From positions 1-55,976 of the forward strand of contig JACRAK010000029.1 in the NCBI GenBank assembly GCA_016234725.1: a stretch of DNA of 55,976 nt, in the 5' to 3' direction. A program made the translations under genes and the position numbers. Numbering within the stretch: the first letter of the stretch is position 1; the number at the start of each line of letters is the position of its first letter. Positions 9,155 through 17,553 of the stretch are shown piece after piece. Origin of the DNA: Candidatus Azambacteria bacterium (lineage in GTDB: Bacteria > Patescibacteriota > Minisyncoccia > GWC2-36-17 > WO2-46-25). The notes under the pieces were generated by a model, which made no database searches, had not been told where the DNA came from, and saw only the letters and a list, made by a program, of their open reading frames with translations.

Positions 9155-10063
9155 TTAAATTTTCAAATGCTTCCTGATGGCGATGACGCTTCCGGCAACG
9201 CTTAACACGATGCCCGCCACGAGCAATATAAGCCACAGCGTGAGAAAGTTCTGCGTGAAATACGCCAAAAGATCCGCGCCGGGGAAGAACCGCGCAAACA
9301 CAGGCGAAAGCACGAAGATGAACGGGTAAAACACCAGCATCGTCGCGATCGACGCGACCGCGCCATAGAGCGCCCCTGCGATAAGGAACGGCCCGCGCAC
9401 GAACCAATTCGACGCGCCCACGAGTTTCATGATATTGATCTCGTCGCGCAACGTGTAGATCGCGATGCGAATAGTGTTGAACGCAACCAACAATGCGATC
9501 AGCGCAAGCACGATGCTCGCCACCGCTCCGCCTTTTCTGATCGCCGACACGATCGCCGTCAAACGGGTGATCGTTTCCTTGTTTTCGTAATAGTTCACCT
9601 TATTGATGAGGTCCTTATATTGATCGCCCTCCAAAAAACTCACCACCACGGGGAAATTCCCCGGATCTTTCGCTTTGATATTCAAACTTGCTTCGAGCGG
9701 ATTTTCGTCTATCTCCTCAAGCGCCTGAAGCACCACGGGGTCGTCTTTGTGCTTTTCTTTGAACCGCGCGAGCGCTTCGTCGCGCGAAACATACGCGACG
9801 TTCTTCACTTCGCTGAGCGCCAGCAGGTCATTTTTTACTTTCAGCACCTCCGCTTCATCGGTATCGGGCTTGAAATACACCGACACGTCTATCTTGTTCT
9901 CAAGATTCCCCACGAGTGCCTCGGTAAGCACCGAAAGAAGCACCAGCCCAAGCACCATCGAAAGGGCGAGCATCATCACTGAAATGGTCGCGGTCGAAAG
10001 CCAGCCGTTGCGCCAAAAATTAAGCACTCCTGCAGTAACGATACGTTTGAATGTTGTGATCAT
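9155..10063 (-). CDS. ftsX: Cell division permease-like protein FtsX
   Basis: NFWRNGWLS, EINIMKLVGASNWFVRGPF, 4 TM; downstream of ftsE. Confidence 0.93.
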   Translation of the reverse strand: MITTFKRIVTAGVLNFWRNGWLSTATISVMMLALSMVLGLVLLSVLTEALVGNLENKIDVSVYFKPDTDEAEVLKVKNDLLALSEVKNVAYVSRDEALARFKEKHKDDPVVLQALEEIDENPLEASLNIKAKDPGNFPVVVSFLEGDQYKDLINKVNYYENKETITRLTAIVSAIRKGGAVASIVLALIALLVAFNTIRIAIYTLRDEINIMKLVGASNWFVRGPFLIAGALYGAVASIATMLVFYPFIFVLSPVFARFFPGADLLAYFTQNFLTLWLILLVAGIVLSVAGSVIAIRKHLKI

Positions 10064-10070
10064 AAATCAG

Positions 10071-10165
10071 TGTAAAGTCTATAAAGTCGTAAAGGAGAAA
10101 GTCATTGAGTCGCTTTGCGACATCCCCGGACTTTTGACTTTAAAGACTTTACGGACTTCGGACTA
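10071..10165. repeat. Inverted pair of short tandem arrays (taaagtc / gacttta units, about 9-nt period) at the ftsE-ftsX junction
   Basis: tgtaaagtc tataaagtc gtaaag ... gacttttgactttaaagactttacggacttcggact. Confidence 0.7.
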
Positions 10166-10840
10166 AAGAATATATCTCCCCCCTTCTTCATCCCGCACGA
10201 TCTTTCCTTTATCAACGCTTACCACGCGCTTGTTGATCGTATTGATGATCTCGCGGTCATGCGTGGCTAAAATGATCGTCGTGCCAAGCTCGTTGATCTT
10301 CATGAGCAAGCGGATGATATCCCATGTGTTGAGCGGGTCGAGATTCCCCGTCGGCTCGTCGGCAATGATGATATCGGGCTGATGCACGAGCGCCCGCGCG
10401 ATAGCGACGCGCTGCTGTTCCCCGCCGGAAAGCTCGCTCGGGAAATTACGCGCCTTTTGCTCGAGCCCCACCAGCTGTAATATCTGCGGCACGTCTTCCT
10501 CTATTTCTTTTTTACTGCGGCCCGCGACCTCCATCGCGAACGCGACATTTTCATACGCCGTTTTCTGCGCGAGCAATTTAAAATCCTGAAACACCGTGCC
10601 GATCCGCCGGCGCAACATCGGCAATTCTTTGTGCGGGAGCGCGGTGATCTCCTTGCCGTCAAGGAACACCTTTCCTTCCGTCGGTTTTTCTTCGGCAATG
10701 AGAAGTTTAAGGAGCGTCGACTTGCCCGCGCCCGACTGGCCGACAATGAACACGAATTCTCCCTGCGCGATCTTCAGATCGACTTTGTCGAGCGCGGCGT
10801 GAGAATTATAATATTTGGAAATGTTTTCGAATACGATCAT
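10163..10840 (-). CDS. ftsE: Cell division ATP-binding protein FtsE
   Basis: GQSGAGKST, VFQDFKLL, LSGGEQQR and IADEPTGNLD. Confidence 0.95.
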   Translation of the reverse strand: MIVFENISKYYNSHAALDKVDLKIAQGEFVFIVGQSGAGKSTLLKLLIAEEKPTEGKVFLDGKEITALPHKELPMLRRRIGTVFQDFKLLAQKTAYENVAFAMEVAGRSKKEIEEDVPQILQLVGLEQKARNFPSELSGGEQQRVAIARALVHQPDIIIADEPTGNLDPLNTWDIIRLLMKINELGTTIILATHDREIINTINKRVVSVDKGKIVRDEEGGRYIL

Positions 10841-10844
10841 GGGG

Positions 10845-10945
10845 ACAGAAATTAGAATCTAGAATTTAGAAACTAGAAGTAGGATAGCACACAAACATCA
10901 AAGATTAAAGATTTTGTTTTCTAGCTTCTAGATTCTAATTTCTGT
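10845..10945. repeat. Heptamer-unit inverted repeat at the prfB-ftsE junction
   Basis: acagaaattagaatctagaa (10845-10864) is the exact reverse complement of 10926-10945; TAGAAnn tandem units. Confidence 0.8.
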
Positions 10946-12053
10946 TCCCAGCTCTGCTTCGATAAACAACGCGATGTCGCCCTCGAGTACATCTTTGACT
11001 TGCGAGGTCTCCGCGCCCGTGCGATGATCTTTTACCATTTGATATGGGTGCAATACATACGAGCGTATCTGACTGCCCCATTCTATCTTCACGCGCTCCC
11101 CTTTCAGCTCGGATATCGCGTGCGCTTTTTGCTTTTCAAGCTCCCCGGTCAGACGCGACACCAACAGCTTCATCGCCTGATCTTTATTTGCCTGCTGGTT
11201 GCGCTGGGACTGGCACGCCACGATAATGCCGGTCGGCTTATGATGAATGCGTATCGCCGTTTCGCGCTTGTTCACGTTTTGCCCGCCGGGACCCGAAGAA
11301 CGGAACGTATCGATCTCAAGATCGTCTTTGGGTATTTCGATGCTTTCTGTTTCCTCGATCTCGGGGATCACTTCGACGAACGCGAATGACGTGTGCCGCA
11401 GTTTCTGTGCCGAGAACGGCGACACGCGCACAAGCCGGTGCACGCCCATTTCTTTTTTCAGATTGCCGTACGCATATTTCCCGCTGATCTCCACCGTCGC
11501 ATTTTTCGTCACCGGCCCCTCTTCGCCTGTGCCCTCTCCGAAATGCTGATGCACTATCGTCACCGTCCACCCTTGGCTTTCCGCATACCGGATATACATG
11601 CGCAATAACATAGACGCCCAATCCTGCGCATCCTGCCCGCCCGCGCCCGCATACACGGAAAGAATGGCATTGTTTTTATCATATGTTCCTGAGAAAAGCT
11701 TCAGCCGGCGCGCACGCTCAAACGCCCGCTCAAGATCGGCAAGGTCTTTCTCAAGCTCCTGCTCAAACTGCTCCCGCTCTTTCTGATCGGCAACGGACGC
11801 AATAAACTCCCAGTCATGCGCGGCTTTGAGAAGCCGCGCACTAAAGCTTTCCCATTCTTTCACCTCTTCTTTTTTCGCATTGAGTTCTGCAGTGATGCCC
11901 GCCGCTTTTTTGTGGTCGTCCCAAAAATGCTCCTGTTGGGTTTGCTCCTCAAGCGCGAGAATGTCTTTATGGAGCGCCGCTAAGTCAAAGACGGTCCTTC
12001 ATCGTCTGAAGGCCCTCCGTAAGATTAGCTATTTTTTCTTTGAAATTGGTCAT
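10928..12053 (-). CDS. prfB: Peptide chain release factor 2, with programmed +1 frameshift
   Basis: ATG at 12053 gives [22 protein letters not shown], then CTT-TGA-C at 11990-11984; the +1 frame continues DLAALHKDI...; SPF and GGQ motifs. Confidence 0.95.
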
Positions 12054-12066
12054 CTTCAAATACTGT

Positions 12067-12142
12067 TGGAGCCACCTCCCGGATTCGAACCGGGGACCTC
12101 TGCTTTACGAAAGCATTGCTCTACCAGCTGAGCTAAGGTGGC
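12067..12142 (-). tRNA. tRNA-Thr(CGT)
   Basis: 76-nt cloverleaf GCCACCT...AGGTGGC-TCCA; loop TT-CGT-AA. Confidence 0.97.
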
Positions 12143-12155
12143 GCGCTTTCCTTCC

Positions 12156-12821
12156 TTATACTTTTTCACACTTTCTTTCCATCTGCCGTATCACGATGAA
12201 AAGCCACGCACCGACAAGCACATAACTTCCGATGACATCGGACGGCCAATGCGCGCCGAGATATATCCGTGAAACGCCTATCGCGCCGACCATCGCAACG
12301 CCCGCGACGACCGCAAGGATCCGCAACGAAAGCCGCGGCGTATGCCGTAGTAAAAAATAAACCAAAATACCAAAGAAGGCAAGCGAAAGCGCCGCATGCC
12401 CGGAAGGAAAGCTGAACGTGTGTTCCACGAGCGCTTGAAACCCTGATGGGCGCGGCCTCGCCAACACCCACTTCATCACTGCCGCTACGCCCGCCGCCCC
12501 GCCGACAGATGTTGCAAGCGCCGAAGCGTGCGCCGCCATCTTGCGATACAAAAACCATGCCACGCCTATAATGCTCAACCCCGCCATGACCCCGCCACTG
12601 CCAAGCACAGTGATCGCACGCATGCTCTGGGTTAAGACATCGCTTTGCATCGTAGTAGCAAGCGCGAGAAGAGGGTGGTCGATAAAAGCAAGCGCGCCCT
12701 TCCCCGCGAGCACGGCTGAGACCGCTATGACAACCGCAACAAACGCCGCGTACGCGCCTGCAACGAAGAAAAACCGCCTGTCAAAAAAACGCGTACACAA
12801 AGTGAGAGATGTATACATCAT
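12156..12821 (-). CDS. PAP2-family phosphatase (undecaprenyl-diphosphatase-like)
   Basis: KWVLARPRP, SFPSGHA and SRIYLGAHWPSD; ATGA overlap with dgkA. Confidence 0.92.
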   Translation of the reverse strand: MMYTSLTLCTRFFDRRFFFVAGAYAAFVAVVIAVSAVLAGKGALAFIDHPLLALATTMQSDVLTQSMRAITVLGSGGVMAGLSIIGVAWFLYRKMAAHASALATSVGGAAGVAAVMKWVLARPRPSGFQALVEHTFSFPSGHAALSLAFFGILVYFLLRHTPRLSLRILAVVAGVAMVGAIGVSRIYLGAHWPSDVIGSYVLVGAWLFIVIRQMERKCEKV

Positions 12822-13177
12822 GCCGCGAACGCATACAGCGCAACGATAAGCCAGCACACGGACGCGATGAGCGCCGCTCCCGCCATCATGTCTTTGATAT
12901 GCTTTATCTCCTCAAGCTCTGCCGGCAACAGGAGGTCCATTGCTTTTTCGATCGCGGTATTCATCAACTCAACAATAAGCAATAGCGCGCTTGCAAGAAC
13001 CAACGCGATCTTATATGAAGACGGGATCGGCTTGGACCCGAGCACGATGATCGCCGCGATCGCCGCGTATACCATAAGCCGAAAATTCAATCCTCCCCAA
13101 AATGCGTGATGCAACCCCCGGAATGCGTGCGGGAAACTTTTAAGGACTTTCTTTGCTTTTACTATGTTTTTTTTCAT
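12818..13177 (-). CDS. dgkA: Diacylglycerol/undecaprenol kinase DgkA family
   Basis: SFPHAFRGL, VELMNTAIEKAMD and IKDMMAGA. Confidence 0.88.
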   Translation of the reverse strand: MKKNIVKAKKVLKSFPHAFRGLHHAFWGGLNFRLMVYAAIAAIIVLGSKPIPSSYKIALVLASALLLIVELMNTAIEKAMDLLLPAELEEIKHIKDMMAGAALIASVCWLIVALYAFAA

Positions 13178-13344
13178 TGTATTTTTCGTGCGGACGGCAT
13201 GCCGCTCCCCAGCGGCGCGATCGCCGCGTGCTCGATCATGGACGGCGCCATGTCTTTCGTGCCGCGCTGCAACAGGAAAAAAGCATACCCTGCGACAAGT
13301 ATCGCTACAAACCCAACGCCCGCGGCAATAAAAAAGTATTTCAT
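13174..13344 (-). CDS. Small single-TM protein (56 aa)
   Basis: MKYFFIAAGVGFVAILVAGYAFFLLQRG...; fills the gap exactly and overlaps the dgkA start (ATGA). Confidence 0.6.
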   Translation of the reverse strand: MKYFFIAAGVGFVAILVAGYAFFLLQRGTKDMAPSMIEHAAIAPLGSGMPSARKIQ

Positions 13345-13350
13345 ATACGC

Positions 13351-13545
13351 TTACCCTATTTCTTTTCGATGCCCCTCGGCATCGTATTCATACATCTTCC
13401 CTTCTTCCTCATCTTTTGTCATGCGGCATGAGCTGTCGCAAAACGGCTGATTCTTGGACAAGCCGCACATGCATATCCGCACCGACCCCTCTTTTGGTGT
13501 CATTTCATACGGACCTTTTGCGTCTTTTATAACTCGCCGCGCCAT
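13351..13545 (-). CDS. CDGSH-type iron-sulfur domain protein (variant motif CDSSC)
   Basis: GPY...ICMCGLSKNQPFCDSSC matches the C-x-C-x2-S-x3-P-x-C-D-G-S-H pattern except G>S and H>C. Confidence 0.85.
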   Translation of the reverse strand: MARRVIKDAKGPYEMTPKEGSVRICMCGLSKNQPFCDSSCRMTKDEEEGKMYEYDAEGHRKEIG

Positions 13546-13620
13546 AGTGCAGTGATTACCGGTATTCTCTCATTCTAACAGATTTTTGCCGACATAGAAA
13601 ATAACTCATACCGTAAAAGA

Positions 13621-13652
13621 AAGCCCGGCCGGTTGAAAAACCGGTCGGGCTT
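13621..13652. terminator. Intrinsic terminator
   Basis: aagcccggccggtt-gaaa-aaccggtcgggctt. Confidence 0.6.
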
Positions 13653-13656
13653 GAAA

Positions 13657-14109
13657 CTATAACATCTCTTTAAAAGGCGTTTTCGCAAAGAAGCGGACGC
13701 TGTTTGGAACCTCTTCTATCGCGACCCGCACGATCTTCCACCCTTTTCTTATGCCGATTTCTTTTCCCCAGAGACCATGAGCGTCTCGTATCGACGCCCA
13801 GAAAATGCCCCGCACTGCTGTTGCCTTTTCGTGTAACCCTCCTGCTGATTCCGGGCATAAAACTCTCTTGGGAATCTTATGCCCTAATGCTCGACGCATT
13901 TCTTGGTCAAACGCTCCATCTCCTTTTTCCTGATATCTTTCGGCAAGTGCATACAGCTTTTTGTATCCTTCGCTCACCACCCCCACCACATGTTCTCCCG
14001 GGGCAACTTCATCTATCGGTTTAAATTCATCGGGGTCAATCCCGTCTATTTCCTGCAACAGCGTATACATCCACTCCGCCGCAACCCCATCCCCTTTTTG
14101 TTTTTTCAT
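13657..14109 (-). CDS. Hypothetical protein
   Basis: 150-aa ORF with GGGGGTGTGG upstream of the ATG and a terminator downstream. Confidence 0.65.
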   Translation of the reverse strand: MKKQKGDGVAAEWMYTLLQEIDGIDPDEFKPIDEVAPGEHVVGVVSEGYKKLYALAERYQEKGDGAFDQEMRRALGHKIPKRVLCPESAGGLHEKATAVRGIFWASIRDAHGLWGKEIGIRKGWKIVRVAIEEVPNSVRFFAKTPFKEML

Positions 14110-14228
14110 ACCACACCCCCTATTTTAAGATTTTTTGTGTTTTGATTTTTAAAGACCCGCTGCCTGTTTCTTATTGATATACCATATCCGTTTAAAAAAG
14201 CAAGAAGCGGCATTGTACCGCTCGTTAA

Positions 14229-14645
14229 TTATAAATCAACCTTAGTTAATTTATCACATAAATCATTTATTGAATCAAATTCAATGAGCGGCTCGGCCAA
14301 CTCCGCCAAAAAAGTGGTTTTTGTTCCTCGCTTCAGCGCAAGTGCGAACGATTTGCCTTTCGCTAACATATAGCCGATTTCCAATAACATTCCTTCGCTT
14401 TTTTGGTCAGATCTTACAAACGCTAAAATTACATCGCTTTTATCGAGCCGCTCTAAAGCATGGTTTAGAATTTCTTTGTTTGTTTTGTGATTCTCCTTAA
14501 ACCATTTTTCATCCTCTATTGAACAATAAACAGTGTGCCCGACAGATCGCAAGACAGACAAAATTTTTCCGAGCGTCTCAGTCAACTCATGTATGTCTTC
14601 GCCTGTAAATCTGTAAACTAGATAAATGTTTTTTGGTTCGTTCAT
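14229..14645 (-). CDS. Nucleoside 2-deoxyribosyltransferase-like protein
   Basis: IYLVYRF, LDKSDVILAF and SEGMLLEIGY motifs; AT-rich. Confidence 0.72.
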   Translation of the reverse strand: MNEPKNIYLVYRFTGEDIHELTETLGKILSVLRSVGHTVYCSIEDEKWFKENHKTNKEILNHALERLDKSDVILAFVRSDQKSEGMLLEIGYMLAKGKSFALALKRGTKTTFLAELAEPLIEFDSINDLCDKLTKVDL

Positions 14646-14656
14646 AAAGTTTATAT

Positions 14657-14720
14657 TGGAGCGGGATACCAGAATGGTTCGACAAGCTCACCACAGGGCG
14701 AACTGGCGTCTGTTGCTTGG
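14657..14720 (-). pseudogene. 3' half of a tRNA-Gly with a 23-nt palindromic insertion in the T-loop
   Basis: Minus strand CC-AA-GCAAC-AGAC-GCCAG-TTCG[ccctgtggtgagcttgtcgaacc]ATT-CTGGT-ATCCCGC-TCCA; no matching 5' half found nearby. Confidence 0.8.
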
Positions 14721-14748
14721 CCCCGCAAAAATTTACTGACACTTGAGC

Positions 14749-14820
14749 CACGACTCGGCTTTCGGCCTCGCTGGGCTGCTATTTGTTGCCAATCGCTTCG
14801 CTCTCGGACAAATAGGGAGC
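14749..14820. mobile_element. Family B element inserted at the 3' end of tRNA-Gly(CCC)
   Basis: cacgactcggc...ccaatcgcttcgctctcggacaaatagggagc, preceded by gagc. Confidence 0.78.
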
Positions 14821-14888
14821 GGGTAGCGGGAATCGGACCCGCGTCTCAACCTTGGGAAGGTCGCATAATGCCATTATACTATACCCGC
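14818..14888 (-). tRNA. tRNA-Gly(CCC), CCA not encoded
   Basis: GCGGGTA...TACCCGC-T; loop TT-CCC-AA. Confidence 0.93.
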
Positions 14889-14899
14889 ATTTTTGTATC

Positions 14900-15073
14900 G
14901 CCAGCACCCGTTATTCTTTCTTTTATCTTAACGGAAGCCACGACTACACTATCGCTCCGCTGGACTGCTGTTTGTTGCCAATCGCTTCGCTCTTGGACAA
15001 ACAGGGAGCGCAGCCCTCCCATAATTATGATAAAAGGCGTGAGCGGATTAAAGAAAGAATGATGGATGCTGGC
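14900..15073. mobile_element. Family C palindromic element, copy 1, interrupted by a family B element (14939-15009)
   Basis: Stem gccagcacccgttattctttcttt / aaagaaagaatgatggatgctggc; cores ttaacggaagc[B]gcagccc and gcgtgagcgga. Confidence 0.82.
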
Positions 15074-15083
15074 AGAATATTTC

Positions 15084-15470
15084 CTACTTCCCGAAAAGAG
15101 CGCGAAACCATTTCCGGGGGTTTGATTCTTTGCTCTCTGCCGCGCTTTGCGCGCTCTCTTTCTTTTGGATCGTTGTGTCGCGCCCGCCTACGATGATCAC
15201 CGCTTTCTCCCCTTCCTTCTGAAGATTCAGCTTTTTGCGCGCCTCTTTCTCCACGTACGCATCGTCGTTGAGGCGCTTGATGAGCACATGCAGGTCGTCG
15301 CTTTTTGCGCTTAATGCCTTCAACTCTCCGTCGATGGTTGAAATATGTTTCGTTATCTGATACTTTTCATATGAGACGCGCCCCACCTTATATACCAATA
15401 CGCCCGCAATTGCCACAAGTGCGAGCGCCACGATCATCGTCTTTCTCCCTTTGGCGGTACGGCGGCTCAT
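15084..15470 (-). CDS. Septum formation initiator (FtsB/DivIC family)
   Basis: TM helix, coiled coil and YVEKEARKKLNLQKEGEK. Confidence 0.85.
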   Translation of the reverse strand: MSRRTAKGRKTMIVALALVAIAGVLVYKVGRVSYEKYQITKHISTIDGELKALSAKSDDLHVLIKRLNDDAYVEKEARKKLNLQKEGEKAVIIVGGRDTTIQKKESAQSAAESKESNPRKWFRALFGK

Positions 15471-15493
15471 ACGCACCAATAATAGCTAATTCC

Positions 15494-15595
15494 ATGACAA
15501 AGCACAAGAAAATAGTGACCACCATTTGGACCGTTCTCGTCGTTCTTATCGTCATCTCGATGGTCGCGTTCACCATCCTTCCGCTCCTCGGATAG
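15494..15595 (+). CDS. Small membrane peptide (33 aa)
   Basis: MTKHKKIVTTIWTVLVVLIVISMVAFTILPLLG: basic N-terminus plus one TM helix. Confidence 0.6.
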   Translation: MTKHKKIVTTIWTVLVVLIVISMVAFTILPLLG

Positions 15596-15660
15596 AACGT
15601 AGAATGTAGCGAGTAGAACGTAGGAGTAACATCCTTCTACTGCCTACTCGCTATTCGCTA
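15593..15660. repeat. Inverted heptamer arrays between convergent stop codons
   Basis: tagaacg tagaatg tagcgag tagaacg taggagt ... ctactgc ctactcg ctattcg cta. Confidence 0.8.
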
Positions 15661-17535
15661 ACTTCTTTGCAGTACTTTGAAGTAGACGTCGGGGGGGATA
15701 TCCACCTTCCCCATCGCCTTCATTTTCTGCTTGCCTTTTTTCTGCTTTTCAAGCAGTTTTTTCTTGCGTGAATAATCGCCGCCGTAGAGGTACCCGGTGA
15801 CATCTTTGCGCATCGCGGAAATATCTTCGCGCGCGATGATCTTGCCCCCGATCGCCGCCTGGATCGACACTGCAAATAACTGGCGCGGGAGCACTTCTTT
15901 CAGCTTCGCCACGAGCGCCTTACCCCTGCGTACCGCATCCGCGCGCGGAACGATCTGCGCGAACGGCTCCACGATATCCCCCGCCACAAGCACATCCATT
16001 TTCACCAGATCGTTGGGCACGAACCCGATCAGCTCGTAGTTGAGCGACGCATAGCCTGATGTCGCGGATTTAAGCCGGTCGTAAAAATCGACCACCACCT
16101 CGGCAAGCGGCACTTCGTAACGCAACAGCACTTTTTCGGCGGTCACATACTGCGTTTCTTTTGAGATGCCGCGCGATTCATTCAGCAGCTGCATGACCTG
16201 GCCGAGATACTCAGCGCTCGTCAGGATCTCCACTTTCGCGTACGGCTCAGAGATAACCAGCACCTCGCCCGCATCGCGGATCTGGCTTGGCGAATAAATA
16301 ACATATTCTTCTTGATTGCGGGTCGTAATGCGATACGAAACCGACGGCGCGGTGATGAGCGGTACGATGCCGTATTCCCTGCTCAAGCGCTCCCGTATGA
16401 TGTCCAGATGAAGCACGCCGAGAAACCCGCACCGAAACCCCCGCCCGAGCGCATCGGATTGTTCGGGCTCGAAATAAAACGACGCATCGTTGAGCCGAAG
16501 TTTTGAAAACGCATCGCGGAGCATATCGAACCCATCCGCGCTCTGCGGGAAAAAACTCGCGAACACGACGCGCTGCGGTTCTTTATACCCGACAAGCGCT
16601 CCCTGCGCCCGCTCGCTCTCGTGCGTCACCGTGTCGCCAACGCGCACTTTATTTATTTCCTTCAGCCCGGTGGCGATATACCCGATCTCCCCCGTTTCAA
16701 GGATATCTTTTGATTCAAACTGCGGGCGGAATACGCCCGCCTCTATCACTTCCGACATCGCATCCGCCATCATGAACCGCACGACCTCGTGCGCTTTCAC
16801 CGAGCCGTCCATGACGCGGATATTCGCCACGACGCCTTTATACGAATCATACGAAGAATCAAAAATGAGCGCCTTGAGCGGTCCCTTGGGATCTCCTTTG
16901 GGCGGCGGCACCATCGTCACCACTTTTTCAAGCAACTCCGGAACACCTTTGCCTGTTTTACCGGAAATGTATAATATCTCGCTTTGCGCGATGCCGAGTA
17001 TCTTTGATATCTCTTCGGCCGCCTCTTCCGGGCGGGCATGCGGGAGATCGATTTTGTTGACCGCAGGAATGATAACAAGCCCCTGCATCAATGCCTGCTC
17101 CAGATTCGCGAGTGTTTGCGCCTGCACGCCCTTGGTCGCGTCAACCAGCAAGATCGCCCCTTCCACCGCGGCAAGCGAACGCGACACCTCATAGCCGAAA
17201 TCGACATGGCCGGGGGTATCTATCAAATTCAGAATGTATTCTGAATTTGATAACTGATGACTCATAACTGATGACTCGTGACCGCCGGATCCTGAAATTT
17301 TGCTATTTGTTATACGTTTTAAGTTATCAGTCGATGGTCGGTAGACCATCCGCACCGGTTGCATTTTAATGGTGATGCCGCGTTCACGCTCGATGCTCAT
17401 CGTATCGAGCATTTGGTCCTGCATTTTGCGCTTTTCTACCGCGCCCGTGAGGTCCAAGAACCGGTCGGCAAGCGTCGACTTGCCATGATCAATGTGGGCC
17501 AGTATTGCAAAGTTGCGGATATATTTCTGATCCAT
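15658..17535 (-). CDS. lepA: Elongation factor 4 (LepA) with an in-frame repeat-derived insertion
   Basis: [31 protein letters not shown] and KKLLEKQKKGK. Confidence 0.97.
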   Translation of the reverse strand: MDQKYIRNFAILAHIDHGKSTLADRFLDLTGAVEKRKMQDQMLDTMSIERERGITIKMQPVRMVYRPSTDNLKRITNSKISGSGGHESSVMSHQLSNSEYILNLIDTPGHVDFGYEVSRSLAAVEGAILLVDATKGVQAQTLANLEQALMQGLVIIPAVNKIDLPHARPEEAAEEISKILGIAQSEILYISGKTGKGVPELLEKVVTMVPPPKGDPKGPLKALIFDSSYDSYKGVVANIRVMDGSVKAHEVVRFMMADAMSEVIEAGVFRPQFESKDILETGEIGYIATGLKEINKVRVGDTVTHESERAQGALVGYKEPQRVVFASFFPQSADGFDMLRDAFSKLRLNDASFYFEPEQSDALGRGFRCGFLGVLHLDIIRERLSREYGIVPLITAPSVSYRITTRNQEEYVIYSPSQIRDAGEVLVISEPYAKVEILTSAEYLGQVMQLLNESRGISKETQYVTAEKVLLRYEVPLAEVVVDFYDRLKSATSGYASLNYELIGFVPNDLVKMDVLVAGDIVEPFAQIVPRADAVRRGKALVAKLKEVLPRQLFAVSIQAAIGGKIIAREDISAMRKDVTGYLYGGDYSRKKKLLEKQKKGKQKMKAMGKVDIPPDVYFKVLQRS

Positions 17536-17553
17536 ACGTCTTTATTCTGTGAA

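Noticed and set aside
14852-15196. ORFs 14852-15196 and 14868-15062
   Set aside because: They overlap tRNA-Gly and family B/C repeats, and similar peptides recur at other repeat copies.
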